NCBI RefSeq assembly: GCF_001194135.2
Contig: NC_068983.1
Location: 157,873,681 to 157,937,362 of the forward strand
DNA from: Octopus bimaculoides
Taxonomy: Eukaryota
Length of the DNA: 63,682 bases
Direction of reading: 5' to 3'
This document shows, piece after piece, positions 12,241 through 25,593 of the stretch (position 1 is its first letter; every line of letters starts with the position of its first letter). The position numbers were made by a program, and so were the translations under genes. Below the pieces are notes generated by a model that was not told where the DNA came from, searched no databases, and was given only the letters and a program-made list of their open reading frames with translations.

Positions 12241-13985
12241 AACGCCCTGGAGAAAAATGAAACGAGTGAAAAGAATAGGAGTTGATTAGTGAGATTCAAC
12301 CACGGGGACTGAAGAAGGTGGATAGAACATTTCTGAATGAATGGGCGAAAAAGAGGAACGAAGTACTGAAAGATATTGGAACATAAAATGTATCTGATAC
12401 AAATAAACAGCTTCGGCTGTGTTTGTTGCTAGGAAAATGGGATTTGTAAGCCCATTGAATGTTGAAAGAGAGAAGGAGCCATGGTGGAAGAGAAGAATTA
12501 GAAATCCATTATCGAATTAAGAAAGCATATAAGAGAGGGGAAATAAAGAAGCATAAATATTTTGAAATATATAAGAAGCATAATATGCTGAAGAATCGTT
12601 GTTGATAAGTTGAAACAAATGATGCTGGCCAAGGCGTCCAAACTGAAAAGATTTGAACAAAGAACACAACGATACAGAATGAATAGAATGTTCCAGTACG
12701 ATCAGAAAAGCGTGTACCAAGACATCGAAGGTAAAAGTAAGAAAGAGTTACACCGAATGCAGAAGAAAGCGAAATATTTTGGTCAAACACTTGGGATAGT
12801 GAGATAGAGCATAATAAAAATGCTGAATGGCAGGAGTTGAGGGAGAATAAAACAATTGTGAAGCAAAAAGACTTTGAATTAACAAAGATAATGGTATACA
12901 TGCAAACCAAAAAATGCTCCTGGACTTGACGGGGTCCCGAGACTTTATTTGAAGAAGCTAACTTCTTTACATGAACGAGTCGCAGATCAAATGAATATGT
13001 GAAACAACGGGGCAGAGATATTCATATGGATGACAGAGGGCTGGACTGTGCTCTGGCTGAAGGATCCTGCTTAAGGCAACGTAGTAGATAATTATAGCTC
13101 ATATCTTGCTTCCCACTAATGTGAATACTTATGACTGGGATCATCTCTGAGACCATATATAGGTTCCTTGAGGAGAGCGAAATTCTAGAGGAAGAGCAGA
13201 AAGGATGTAAAAAAAAGAACAGCTGCGGTACGAAGGATCAACTTTTGATTGATAATACATAGAGCACAGGAGCAACTCTCTGAACTAACTACATTAAACA
13301 TGTTGACAAAACTAAAGAATCACTATTATGTAAAATGTGTAGAACAAAAGGAGAAATAGTCAGCCATCTTGTAAGGGAATGTGTTAAGTTGGCACCGCGA
13401 GAGTACGACATGATAATGTCGCCAGATATATCCACTGGATGATATCTGAGAAATGTGAGTTTGCCAGAGTAGCTAAAAGGTATGAACAGAAACCCGAAGA
13501 GGTTTTAAAGAGTGATAGATTTAAGCTTTTGAGGAACTTCAAAATTCAATGTGATAGAATGATTGAGGCAAGAAGGCCAGACATTGTAGTTGTCAACATA
13601 AAAGAAAAAAGAAGCTCAAATTATCGATATATCTATTTCAGGAAATAGTAGAGTGAAAGATAAAGAGCATGAAAAGATGGAGAAGTATGAGTCACTGAAG
13701 AGTGAAGTTGGAAAGTTGTCGGGGATGAAAGAAGGTTTTAGTGATTCTAGTGATGATCGGAGCATTTGGATGCATATCGGACAGATATGAGAACTTGCAT
13801 CGGAATTAATGTAAGGTTGCAGGTCATGCAGAAGACAGCAGTTCTTGGTACAGCAAGTAGTTTAAGGAAAGTTTTGTGCATGTAAGGCACAAGAGAGGAA
13901 GCAGTAAGGGACCGTTCCCAACTTGACCGCTTACTAACTAAAATGTCCGCACCGTTTAACATCTAAGTGACTGAGATTTACAAAA
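12241..13985 (+). mobile_element. R4/Dong-type LINE, third subfamily, internally deleted
   Basis: Pre-RT KASKLKRFEQR..RMNRMFQYDQK and RT start (EQKGC..GTKDQLLID-like, about 13190-13255), then a jump to CCHC (about 13330) and RLE (RRPDIVVVN). Ends at (TAA)n 13990-14011. Confidence 0.8.
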
Positions 13986-15339
13986 ATGAATAATAATAAT
14001 AATAATAATAATGTTTTTCTTTTACTTGAAGTCAAATTAGAAATTTTCAACGCGTGTATAGGTAATTAAAATAAATCTTAACAATTGGTAGACATTTTAT
14101 TGTATCCCCGCAGGAAATGAACTCAGAACGTAAACCTGCATGATATTTTGTCCGGCACTCTACTCATTATGTCATTTGTCACTCTAATAATGATTTCAAA
14201 TACAAGCACATGACAATATATTATCAGAAAAGAGTGTAGTCGATTTAATCGACCCTAGTTCTCGAGGAGTATTTATTTTGTCGAGTTTGGGAAGTTGAAC
14301 TATAAAGTCGACTAGGAATGATTTGAACTCATAATATCGCATTGTGCTGAATAACGACTAACATTATTAGTTTGCAGTTCTGAATAATAAACGTTGACAT
14401 TAATTAGTAAGAAAAAACAACAAAACAATGAAAGACCGAAATCAAAATGTTGAGGATGACTTATCTCTATTTCATTGATTTGTGTCTAATTTCTAGTTTG
14501 CTTATATGTTGCACTATCACCAATAGTTGAACCCATATAAATGGGGCACAAGTCGAATGAATACCAAATCAGTTTAGTCGGAACTAAAGTAAGACGTCAA
14601 TACAAACAAGAATCTTTGTATGATTTGGCTCTAAGTTAAAGCGAAAACGAGGACTTCGAATTGGCGCATAAAACGTTTAAATAACGAAACGAACAAAATT
14701 ATGTATCTCCAGAGACAAATAAGCGGCACTCAATAGAATACTGACAATTTAAATAAAAGACAGGACTTTACTTATGAAGTTCTGAAAATAAAACAGAAAA
14801 GACATTAAATCAGAGAGAAAATACGTCTGTGCTCCATTTGCATATTTTATAGCCATACTGTGCGGGATAAAAGATCTGGGGAGTAAAATGGCCTTCAGAA
14901 AGAAATAATTTTGGATCTTTACAGAGTCACTAATCTAAGAAGATACTTAAAACTATAACCGCTATCAAACATAAACACACAGCACTTAAAAGTAAGAATA
15001 CAATTAGAACACAAACAATGAAGAAAATAAAAAGTATACAAACTACGAAAATAAAAACTAAACGTATAAACATAAATTCGAAAGATAAACCCATAACAAG
15101 AAAAAAAGAACGAAATCAAACCTCAATAAACCTTCGGAAACTCAACTCACAAAAGCTGAACTAGAATTAGACCAATGAAAATGAAGATGAGATAAAAAGT
15201 TCTATCAGTAGGAAGATGTGCGCTGGGAACCTTAAATATGACAATTGTATAAATGATGTATTTGTGTTGCGTATGTTTATGTGCGTGTGAGTGTGTGCGT
15301 GTGTATGTATATTAGTGTGCATATGTACGTGTGGAGGGT

Positions 15340-16545
15340 TTTATTTAAGAATTTAATAAGATAGACTATACTTCTATAAACCCACGAAAGATCTCACAGT
15401 ATAAAATTTAACGATAAGATGCTAGCAACGATAAAAAAAATCCTCTATCTATATCACATGAACAGGGTGGAAACAAAAGCGAATATTAATACCAACCGGA
15501 TAAGTCAGTAATATATGTAACACATACATTAGTGGTATTACAAGTGTGCTTCCTTACAGCTTCATATATAGGATATATCTGAACCTAAACAAACCTTATT
15601 GAAAAGAAACATGCAAAAAATTATAACAGATAAAATATAAGATCTCAATATCTTTTATGAAATCGATTACGAAGAGACACAAATGATAAAATGCGTTATA
15701 CAATGTAACATAAAAGAGGGACTTACTCTATTAGTATTACAACATAACTTAAAAAAATGCTGCTGAAATGAAAGAGTACGTAAGATAAGAATTCTCTGTT
15801 AAATCGCAAAGAATCCGTCGTTATCAGAACAGTTTTTTAATCGAAACAAATAATTCGTCACTAAGCCAAAGCAATGTTATCAACAATTATCTACAAACAA
15901 AATAGAAATCAATTTAGCGCCAACAACAAAAGAACTATAAACCTTGGCGGAAGAGAGTATCGACAGTAGATGGGTTACCACAAGGGAAAATATTAAAAAC
16001 AACAAACAGTCGCCAGAAAATCTCAAGAAGAAATAAGATTCCAAGAAGGTAACTCAGAATACAAATAATTGGAAAATACCTGAAAATAACGGTAACAAAG
16101 TAGTTGCAAAGCTATTCAAAAATCTATTGAAAGGGCCAGAAACAACTATCGAGGAAACGCATTTTAATCACCAAAACTGACAAAACACGGAACCTCCTAA
16201 AACCATAGACCCATAAAACGTTTGTCTACAAACCCTTAGCAACAATATTATCGTACAAAATACATGCTCACTTGGAAAACAAAAGAAAATAAAAAGACAA
16301 CGTACGTTAGCTTATAAAGCGGAAAGAACGCTGCAAAGACGTATGAAACGATTAGCTGCTGATCAGCATATCCGTAATTGATGACTGCGGAAGAAAAGCT
16401 AATCTGAACATGACAGAGACTGGTTATAGTGTCGTGTTTCCCAGTCATGGCATCTGAAAACATGGACTATAACACCAGCAAAAACATATACGTCATATAA
16501 GTCTTTAGTAAATGAGAAGCAGTTTTAAAGAACCATCCAAACAAA
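15340..16545 (+). mobile_element. Highly decayed R4/Dong-type LINE, 5' ORF and RT start
   Basis: Degenerate YRPI.CL and GCKD.L..D-like motifs near 16200-16370; A-rich. Confidence 0.4.
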
Positions 16546-16555
16546 AGAGAATTTA

Positions 16556-16621
<66 letters not shown>

Positions 16622-16688
16622 AAAAAAGATGGATGAATGTAGCAAGGATGGCACGTGTGAACGACGGAGCCATCTTGAGCATAACCCT

Positions 16689-16926
16689 NNNNNNNNNNNN
16701 NNNNNNNNNNNNNNNNNNNNNNNNNNNNNNNNNNNNNNNNNNNNNNNNNNNNNNNNNNNNNNNNNNNNNNNNNNNNNNNNNNNNNNNNNNNNNNNNNNNN
16801 NNNNNNNNNNNNNNNNNNNNNNNNNNNNNNNNNNNNNNNNNNNNNNNNNNNNNNNNNNNNNNNNNNNNNNNNNNNNNNNNNNNNNNNNNNNNNNNNNNNN
16901 NNNNNNNNNNNNNNNNNNNNNNNNNN
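16689..16926. other. Assembly gap
   Basis: Run of N. Confidence 1.
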
Positions 16927-17045
16927 TTTTCCTTCCTACGATCCCTTTTGATCGACCCCCCCCTTTTTTCCCCTCCCAAAAAGAAAAGCTCTACATTGTA
17001 TTTGTCCCATCTTCGTCGAGCCCTGTGTGGCTAATAAAAGAAATG

Positions 17046-17094
<49 letters not shown>

Positions 17095-17189
17095 GTCTAT
17101 CTAAACAGTCGACATTAAAGGAGGAATATTTCAGAAACATTTTCTACACCTCTCCTTTCGAATAATTTCTGTCTATGATTTAACCAACA

Positions 17190-18640
17190 TTCCTGGCCAG
17201 AGGCCAGACTGGGAATGGATATAAAAGCAATAGAGTCACAAACAACCATCTTCTGTATATGGAGGACCTCGAGCCGTATGTCAAGCTGAAAAGCATCTTA
17301 CGAAGTTTATAACAATTCAGGAAGATAAAAAAATGAAATGGTAGATGAGTTGGAAAATTGCTCCAAAACATCCTTTAAGAAAAGATTCAAACCAGTGATA
17401 CTCACTCCATCAGTGAGAGAAGCAGAGATGAAATAATTCAACTAAAAACGAAGAATTCGAAATTTACTGAATTAGAGTACAATCAGATGAAGGAAAAGGT
17501 TAAGAAGGAATATTATAGACGACTTAGATTAATACTAAAAGCTTAATGAAACAATAAGGCAACATGTATCAGTAATAGTCATTTCAGTAGTAAATTACAG
17601 TTATGTGCTCAATAGGAAGGAAAAGAACACAAACTTAAAAGTCAGCACTGAAAGATATTTATCACTAACAAAGAAGGGTTGGAGACTTCTGTATCTAGAA
17701 GACTATTATAGAATATCTACTGCCTGTCTACAAAAATATCCAGCAAAGTGTAAAGAATAAAGGGAAGCATAAACAAAAGAAACCGTTTTCCATTTTCAGA
17801 GAGGCCAAAAGCAAAAAAAAAACAAAAAAAAAACAAACAGAAGCTGGAGCAACAGGCAGCTGTGAGGAAGATGGTGAAATACTTTAGAAGAAGAAGAAAA
17901 AAATAAAAAAATAAAACACAAACAGACTTAAAACAGGATTACAAAATGTCACGTTAAAACCTTGGAAAGCAAAGCTTCGACAAGGCCAGCAAAGTAGAAG
18001 TGGATTAAAAAAAGAAAAAAGAATTAAGACGAAATGGTTTTGATCGAAGCAGTAGATCAATGTCTTTCCACCAGAAAATATTCGAAACATATAATTAAGC
18101 AGTATAGATAAAAAAAAATTTAAAAAAATCATCAGTAAAATATTTGGAGTCTATGAAGAAACAATTAATCACATTGTTTCTTGCTGTCTAGTCTTAGACA
18201 GAAACCGAGTATATTAATAGACATGGAATAATTAGAAGTTTCTCACAACGGAAATCATGACAGTATTTTGGAATGCACAGAAAAGAATTTATAAACACAT
18301 AAATACATTAAATTGCCTGAAATAATGACAAAGTAGCGACATGCCGATTAATGCAGAGAAAGAGATTAAAACAAATCACCCATAAGTTCTTCTCGGAGAT
18401 CATTAAAATCGAAATTTTAATCAATATATAAATTTCTCGGGACAAGAGATTTCTGAGTAAAACGGAGAAACAATCTCCGTAACAATAGGTACCTTGGAAA
18501 AATATGATGAAGAGCAGATATACATAGAAGCTAAACTGTAGGATTACACATACATTGTACCATAAAGAGCAGATAGGTGCAGCAGGTGTCTCAGTACGAA
18601 ATATAAATAAAAACCAAACAGAACATTCTTTTCAAAAGAG
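17190..18640 (+). mobile_element. R4/Dong-type LINE, RT to RLE, decayed
   Basis: NHLLYMEDL (YMDD catalytic motif variant) near 17245-17270, KEKVKKEYYRRLRLILK, AVDQCL.TR.Y and a CCHC remnant. Confidence 0.7.
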
Positions 18641-18699
18641 TCAAGAGCTGCTAGGGTTTGAGAGAATATTCAATAACGATAAGCCCATTAAAATACTTG

Positions 18700-19200
18700 T
18701 CGCTAATTTAGGCACAAAGGCAGCAATTTTGAAGAGAGGGTAAGTCAATCCCAGTCCTTCAACGACCCTGAAAGGATGAAAGGCAAAGTTAACTTCAGTA
18801 GTATTTAAATTCAGATCGTTAAAGAACTGGAAGAAATTCAGCGTGGTATTGATTCTAATATAAAAGTTAAAAGGCCTAGGGTTTTTTTGGTGGGGGAGGG
18901 GTGTTAGTCAGTACCATCGATCCTAGTACTTGATTGGTACTTTATTTTATCGACCTCGAAAGAGAGAAAAGCAAAGTTGTTCTCTACGGAGTATGAACTC
19001 GGTACTTGAACTGCGGGAAACTAGTGGAATGCATTGTGTTCGAAGCTCTAATGAATCTTTCGGCTTGCCGATTTAAGACAACTAAAATAAAAATACCAAT
19101 TTGAAGCATAGACAAAGCCTGCAATTTCGAGGAAAGGAACAGTGGATTATATCGATCACAGTTGTTTACTCATTTATTTGTCAACCCCGAAAGCGCGATG
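18700..19200 (-). mobile_element. Three adjacent decayed SINE family A copies
   Basis: Central domain (AAGGATGAAAGGCAAAGT on +) repeated near 18770, 18960 and 19190. Confidence 0.7.
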
Positions 19201-19319
19201 GACAAATCACAAAAATGGCAGGGCTCAAAATAGAATCCAGTACGAGACAACAGACAGAAATGATAATACAATAGAAACATAGGGCAAAACACAACAATCA
19301 AACTAATAAATGACAGAGG

Positions 19320-19620
19320 CGGTATTTGCTCTCGCCACCGTATGCTCGATCTTTCAGGGATAGTTTTTTCTCAGTTGATTTCTTGGCCGCTCAGCTAGTA
19401 ATCTCGACCCAGTTTTTATCTACATGGAAGACTGACTCAAGCCAGACTCCTATTATCTTTGATCCAGCAAGCCATGATGCCGTTCAAGCATGCCGTAATT
19501 TAAACCTACTCACTTGTCCTGAGTAATGTGCTGTTTCTTTTGTCACTCGTATTCCTTCAGTTCGGTGCTGATCAACCCGATTTTCGCAGTGACGTTCATT
19601 CGCTTATACCAACGCGACCT
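19320..19620 (-). mobile_element. L1/Tx1-like RT remnant
   Basis: Minus-strand IIGVWLESVFHVDKNWVEIT..KKLSLKDRA resembles the LGV.F...NW......LSL.GR motif after the RT core. Confidence 0.4.
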
Positions 19621-19855
19621 TCTCAGGATGCCGTTATGCAGCCCTTACCTCAACATTTGCTAAAGAACAACGACATACAAAAGTGATGTGAAAGAACACA
19701 GTTGATGGGCCAAGTATGTGATTCGAAACAGTTCCTATAGACAGCAATTTAGCTTGACCATCGAAAAAGCTGTTGACGACGGAAGTGAGCCAACCTCTAA
19801 AAAAAGAAATCAATACCGACTCGGCTTTTGGCTGCAGTGGTGGTGGTGGTGGTGC

Positions 19856-19916
<61 letters not shown>

Positions 19917-19919
19917 AGT

Positions 19920-21000
19920 GACTGCATTTGCACTATACCACCCAAAATCAGATATTGAAAGACGATATTGATATTTACCAGGAATACAAGGCAGTAGGGG
20001 TCTTAAAACTATTGCAAAATATCCATGATGAAGTATGCAGTAAAGAATCCTGGAAAACTAGTACAGGTAGGTACAAAACATGGACAGAATAAACCAAAAA
20101 AATGTCTTCTTTTTTTGCTTTCAAGGAACCCAAGAAATACAAAACAGAAGTTGCAATAACAGACAACTATGAAGAAAATGGAGAAACAACAACAGAAATC
20201 CCAAAGCAGTAAAAATTTAAACTAAAATTGGGACAAAAGAATGCTCGGATAAAACAGTAGCAAGAAAATAATATCGGAAAAAACTGAACTGAGGGTTAAG
20301 TGCAGGACTTAAAGCAAAGTCTAATGTTTTTTTGGGGGGTTGAAACACAGGACCAAAGCCTCCCCACAAAAAAAAAAAAAAATCATCAAAAGTTTATGAT
20401 GAAGGATACAATAACTACAGAATATATGGAAACGGGGAGAAACAACCAACCACATTATCTCTGGCTGCTCAATCTGCCAAGAAAGAATACATTCATAGAC
20501 ATGACAAAATTGAGATATATGTACCGTAGAAGTTATGCTAGCATTATAAAATACAACAGAAAAAAGATGGTTTTGAGATACACCAGAAAAAGCTATCCGA
20601 GAAGGGAAAAGAAACTATACTCTGGAATATATCAATATCCATAGACAGGAAATAAAGGCTAACCGACCGGATATTGTTGTCAAGGCGATTAGGGAAAGAA
20701 ATACTTAATCGATATATAAGAACCAAGAGATGATAATGTACCGCTAAGTGATGGAGGCATTATCCAAAGATAATGATAGAAAATGCCCGCAAATACATAA
20801 CAAAACACAAAGAATTACAAATATACATGTATAGAAAATAGAACTACTTGGTATCTCACACATGTTGCATTGAATACTTTCAATACAGTAATGATATCAA
20901 AATCAAAAACAAAACACTGCACATACACAAGGCACACAGAACTGAGCCCGATGGTGCAGTGAAAACTAACAATAGGAAAAGACAACCGAACAACAACAAT
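19920..21000 (+). mobile_element. R4/Dong-type LINE, decayed, following a (CTA)n array
   Basis: RPDIVV-like motif near 20660 and a 3' UTR like that of 11795-12226; preceded by (GTG)n(CTA)n at 19836-19916. Confidence 0.6.
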
Positions 21001-21019
21001 TACAATGATTATGATTCTT

Positions 21020-21783
21020 GCCAGCTACAATTTCGTGGAGAGGGCGTTAGTCGATTACATTAATCTTAGTGCTCAACTGGTACTTATTTCATCGATCCTA
21101 AAAGATGAAAGGTAAAGTCGACTTCCGCGGTATTTGATTGGAAGATTAAAGAAAATTCCACATAGATTTACTGAAACATAAAGGCTATGAAATACATACA
21201 ACCCACCACACAATAACGATCTTTTGAGTAGTTTTCCATATCGTGCTGCCAATTACACTTCGTTTGTTATCCGCTTCCGGAAGATAGATGACATCTAAAA
21301 ACAGGCTGGTCAGTAAAGAGAATCTAGTAATCGTATCTACGAAGTTTGATTGTTGGTTGATTTATTCAAATATTTGAATTAATAAAAATATAGTAAATAT
21401 TGGTAATACGTATTGGATAAATCTAAGTATACACAACAACTTGTAAACTTCTTACTTCCATGCAAAATCAGTTTTGAAGAGGAAGAATATAATCAGTCAC
21501 ATTGACCAGTTATGTGACTGGTATCTATTTTAACGAAGCTGGAGGTAAGTGAAAAGTAAACTTGATCTTAATATTGATTTCAGAGTTTTGGCACAAGACC
21601 AGCAAATTTGGGGGAGAGGATAAGTCGATTACATCGACCCCAGTGTTCAACTGGCACTTATTTTATTGACCCCAAAAGCAAAATCGACCCCAGCGGAATT
21701 TGAACTCAGAACGTGAAGACGGACGAGATACCACTAAGCATTTTGCCCCCGACATGCTAACGATTCTGCCAGCTCGCTACCTT
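21020..21783 (-). mobile_element. SINE family A copies (about 21020-21145, 21480-21570, 21580-21783)
   Basis: The last copy is near full length with head, B box and tail. Confidence 0.8.
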
Positions 21784-22851
21784 TAAGCTTGATCTTAATA
21801 TTATTGAGATTGAGACGTGAAAATGTGAAATGAAGTACCATAGAGAATTCATTTCATAGCTTAGCTGTTTTGGCTGTCTCCATCACGGCTTGAATCATTA
21901 GCTCAGCACATATAATACAGATTAGTTACTATTATCATTGTTGAGTTGTACTCCCAGCCACCTCTGCTCAACCACAAAAATAGCACAGAGGTAGTCGATT
22001 GAATAACTTATCACACCAGACTAATCATGCATCAGCACTTTCAGGTATGAGACCATAATATGGTAACGCTCTATATTTCCAAGAGTTTCGAAAAGAGAGA
22101 TTTGATCCACACCGACATTCCGTTTTTCTTATAAATAACCAAGTCTATCGGTGGTACATTTCATGTATGTCCTTGTAAATGAAAATAAAACTAATGAGAT
22201 TAAACTTGTTCCACTTTGTTATCATTATAGATAGTACAGGAAATATTTCAATTAGGTATCATAGATTGTTTGTTATGTTAAATGCTATATTATTGTTGAA
22301 AACTACCAGGAGAGGATGATATTTTGTATATATATATATTCAATGAGTACAAAAACAAACGAGGAAAGTCGTCAGAATAGATAAGGATGAAAAAGAAAGA
22401 GCAAATAGTAAGTGGGACACGATGGGTAAAAAAGAATGAAAGAAGCAATTAAAGAATAAGAGAGAAAGAGATTGATAGACAGAGTATAAGAGAAGATAAG
22501 GGAAGGTGGGAGAGAAAGAGAGGCAGAGAGGGAGAGAGAGCTGCACTTTACGAAGTAAAAAGGAATCTGTTGACAGAAAGAATAGTTATTCTACGTGTCA
22601 GTTGGCTTAATTGATTAAAGTCTGCCTTTACATCGACACTCATGTGAAATTATGGAATCAGAAGTTAGGCTTCCTGTGAATTTGAATGGCCACCAATCTG
22701 TCTATTCATACAGGACACGTAAGGAACAAAGAGTGTTACTGCGCAGTCGTGAGGCTATCCGGCTACGTGCAAGAAATGGTTGAAAATAAATCAAGTTATT
22801 TTCGGCTTTCATTTCAGCGTATTTAACTTGCTATAGCTTTACTTTCTAAAA

Positions 22852-22852
<1 letters not shown>

Positions 22853-22915
<63 letters not shown>

Positions 22916-22937
22916 TGCTGTTGTTGTTGTTGTTGTT
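22853..22937 (+). repeat. (TTA)n(TTG)n microsatellite, the one long AAT-class array in the opposite orientation
   Basis: Directly visible. Confidence 0.95.
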
Positions 22938-23032
22938 GGCAAATTTATTTATTGATTGAATTTAATTATCCAGCTGAAGGTGAACAGTTTTTCTTTTAAT
23001 ATGGTAATTTACTTTTGTTGACACATACACAC

Positions 23033-23072
<40 letters not shown>

Positions 23073-23891
23073 ACACACATTGGGCACGTGTTTATGCATG
23101 CGTGTGTATGTATATATATACGCGCGTTCTGTTAAGTGAAATGAGAAGCAGCTCCTCTTTCAAGCATGTCGGGGTGAAAAGACGGCTATAACTTGTTCAA
23201 AATATAATGTGAAGCTTTACAATTTTTATTGTTCACAAAAATCAGATAAGGATTTTCTAAAAGTTTTATGTTCTGCTCATATAACACTCATTCTGAAAAT
23301 TTATTTCAGGTTCATAAGTTCATCTTCATTCTCCCACTTCGAGTGTTGATTTTGTCAATCTTCTGCCGCCTCTTACTTGCTAACTTCTTCTTAAAGATAT
23401 GCTTGATTCTTTGAATTAGGGCAACCTGTGTAATCTTTTTGTGCTGCTCGTAACAGTATGAGAAAGAGGGCGGAGATTTTAGTGTACTTTTAGTGTTACC
23501 TACACGGAAGCTGATAATATTTAAAAAAACAATGTATGCACGGTGCTCTGCCTTTAAGATGCAACGTCATTCACCTGTAAAATCTCATGTAAGCTTCACC
23601 AGTGTTCGCGAGTCAAATACCAATAGCAACTTGGTGGCTGGCGCGAATAAGATCAACAAAAAACTGTAGTATAAAAGATGGAGAAGGCGCGTGAGGACTC
23701 TCCTACCACGACAGGAATAGTGGGTGGAGATGATGAGTGGATCTACCTGGGGAGAATATGCTCCAACGTTTTGGGTCGTCGAAAGAGTATGAAGATTTAC
23801 ATACCACATTGGTTATTGTTGTATAAACCTCTTGTGAGAACGTCTCTGTTGGGGTTCTCTGCTCTATTTTGATGCTAGATGAGTCTATGAT

Positions 23892-23928
<37 letters not shown>

Positions 23929-23984
23929 AGTATTGCTTTTGGTGACGATGTACTTATCAGAAAAGAAGTGATTGGTTTTTAATT

Positions 23985-24165
23985 TTTGTCCTCCCACCAT
24001 CGCTTGACAACCGATGTTGGTGTGTTTACGCGCCCGTAGCTTAGCGGTTCGGCATAAGAGACCGATATAATAAGCTTACAAAGAATACGTCCTGGGTTCG
24101 ATTTGTTCGATTAAAGGCGGTGCTCCAGCATGGCCGTAGTCAAGTGACTGAAACAAGTGGAATAG
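23985..24165 (+). mobile_element. SINE family B, 3' half
   Basis: TTTGTCCTCCCACCATCGCTTGACAACCGATGTTGGTGTGTTTACG...AAAGGCGGTGCTCCAGCATGGCCG..ATGACTGAAACAAGT-type sequence. Confidence 0.85.
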
Positions 24166-24234
24166 TGAAGAGCATACATATTTAATACCCCACAACATAT
24201 ATACATACATAGTGGTTTTTAACACAGAAAAATG

Positions 24235-24420
24235 TCTGGAATTTGGTGGGAAGAGTTAGTCGATTAAATCTAACCCAGTACTTGATAATTTATTTTATCA
24301 CCTCCAGAGAGATGAAAGGTAAAGTTGATCACAGCGGGATTTGAACCATGAATGTAGTTAGGAGCCGGAATTAATACCGCAAAGCATTTTGTTTGACGAT
24401 CTAACAATTTTTGTCTCTGC
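24235..24420 (-). mobile_element. SINE family A, decayed
   Basis: Central domain and B-box remnant. Confidence 0.7.
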
Positions 24421-25593
24421 ATCGCTCTTATATATACATACGTAACACATACAAACTCCTGTATATTCATAACAACATGCAGATAAATACACATATACAA
24501 CTGGAGCATTTTCCATCCTTACATCTGAAAGTCAAGAATCATGGCTAGTAATGGAGTAATTTGTGGCTTTCATGCATGAGCTATTGTTACTCAATTGAAG
24601 CATGTCAGTATTAAAACTGCTCTATGCAATACACAATAATTATCAGTCATCTTAATATCTGACGTTTCATTACTTCATTTTAGCATTATAATGTAACTCG
24701 GCTCTGAATGTAACGCTTTCAAAACAAGAGTTATCACCGTAGTCACCCCTATCATGTCTATGTAGTTGATCATATTGCTACTATTAATATCTATTAATAT
24801 TACAGTAAATCTATAACAAATTATGATGCTGAAATTATACACACAGACTCAGACACACAGACACACACATACACGTATTGCATCATATAAAGGTATTATA
24901 TCCATTTAAATTACCGCATACTGTTATATTCACTTTTCATTATAATTTCATTATAATGATATTAGTATTAGATATCTCAGTTTTTTATCATTCGACCTGG
25001 ATGTGGTACTTACTTGCATATGTTAAAGTTATGGTAACCTGATTTATTAACAACAGTATAAACTTAAACGTCAGCGATGCCGGTGGTATATGATTATCAT
25101 TACATGAGTACAAGTAGAAGTTATTTGATTACAGGAGAAAATCTTAAATAGGACTTAATGAAATCGCAAAATTTCTTCGCAGTTTTCGACAATCTAGTAT
25201 TTCAAAGATACTTCGTTAATTACAAGCTCCACATCACCCAAGATACCATTTCAAACATCTTTCTTGTTAATGGACATTCATATATTTCCTAGATATAAAG
25301 CGTTTGACATGTTGAAAGGTTTAAATGAAAACCTGTATTATATAGAATGAATATTTTAAACAGTTGGAGTACATTTTACAAAAAAAAAAAAAGATTAATT
25401 TGCATTACAAAGTTATGTCGAAATATTTCCTTTCGGGATTCCTTACAGTTCTTAATCCATTCTAATTTTTCACTTAGCACCCTATATTCGATAATTATAA
25501 TCTGCTTGATTAGTGCAGAGAAATACAGAAACCCGTAATTGGGCTGGAGTTAACATTGATTAAAAATATGAGGTAATGATAGATTTTACTCAC

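Noticed and set aside
16629-16688. GC-richer sequence next to the gap as a possible Wnt5 exon edge
   Set aside because: None of the three minus-strand frames shows Wnt motifs.
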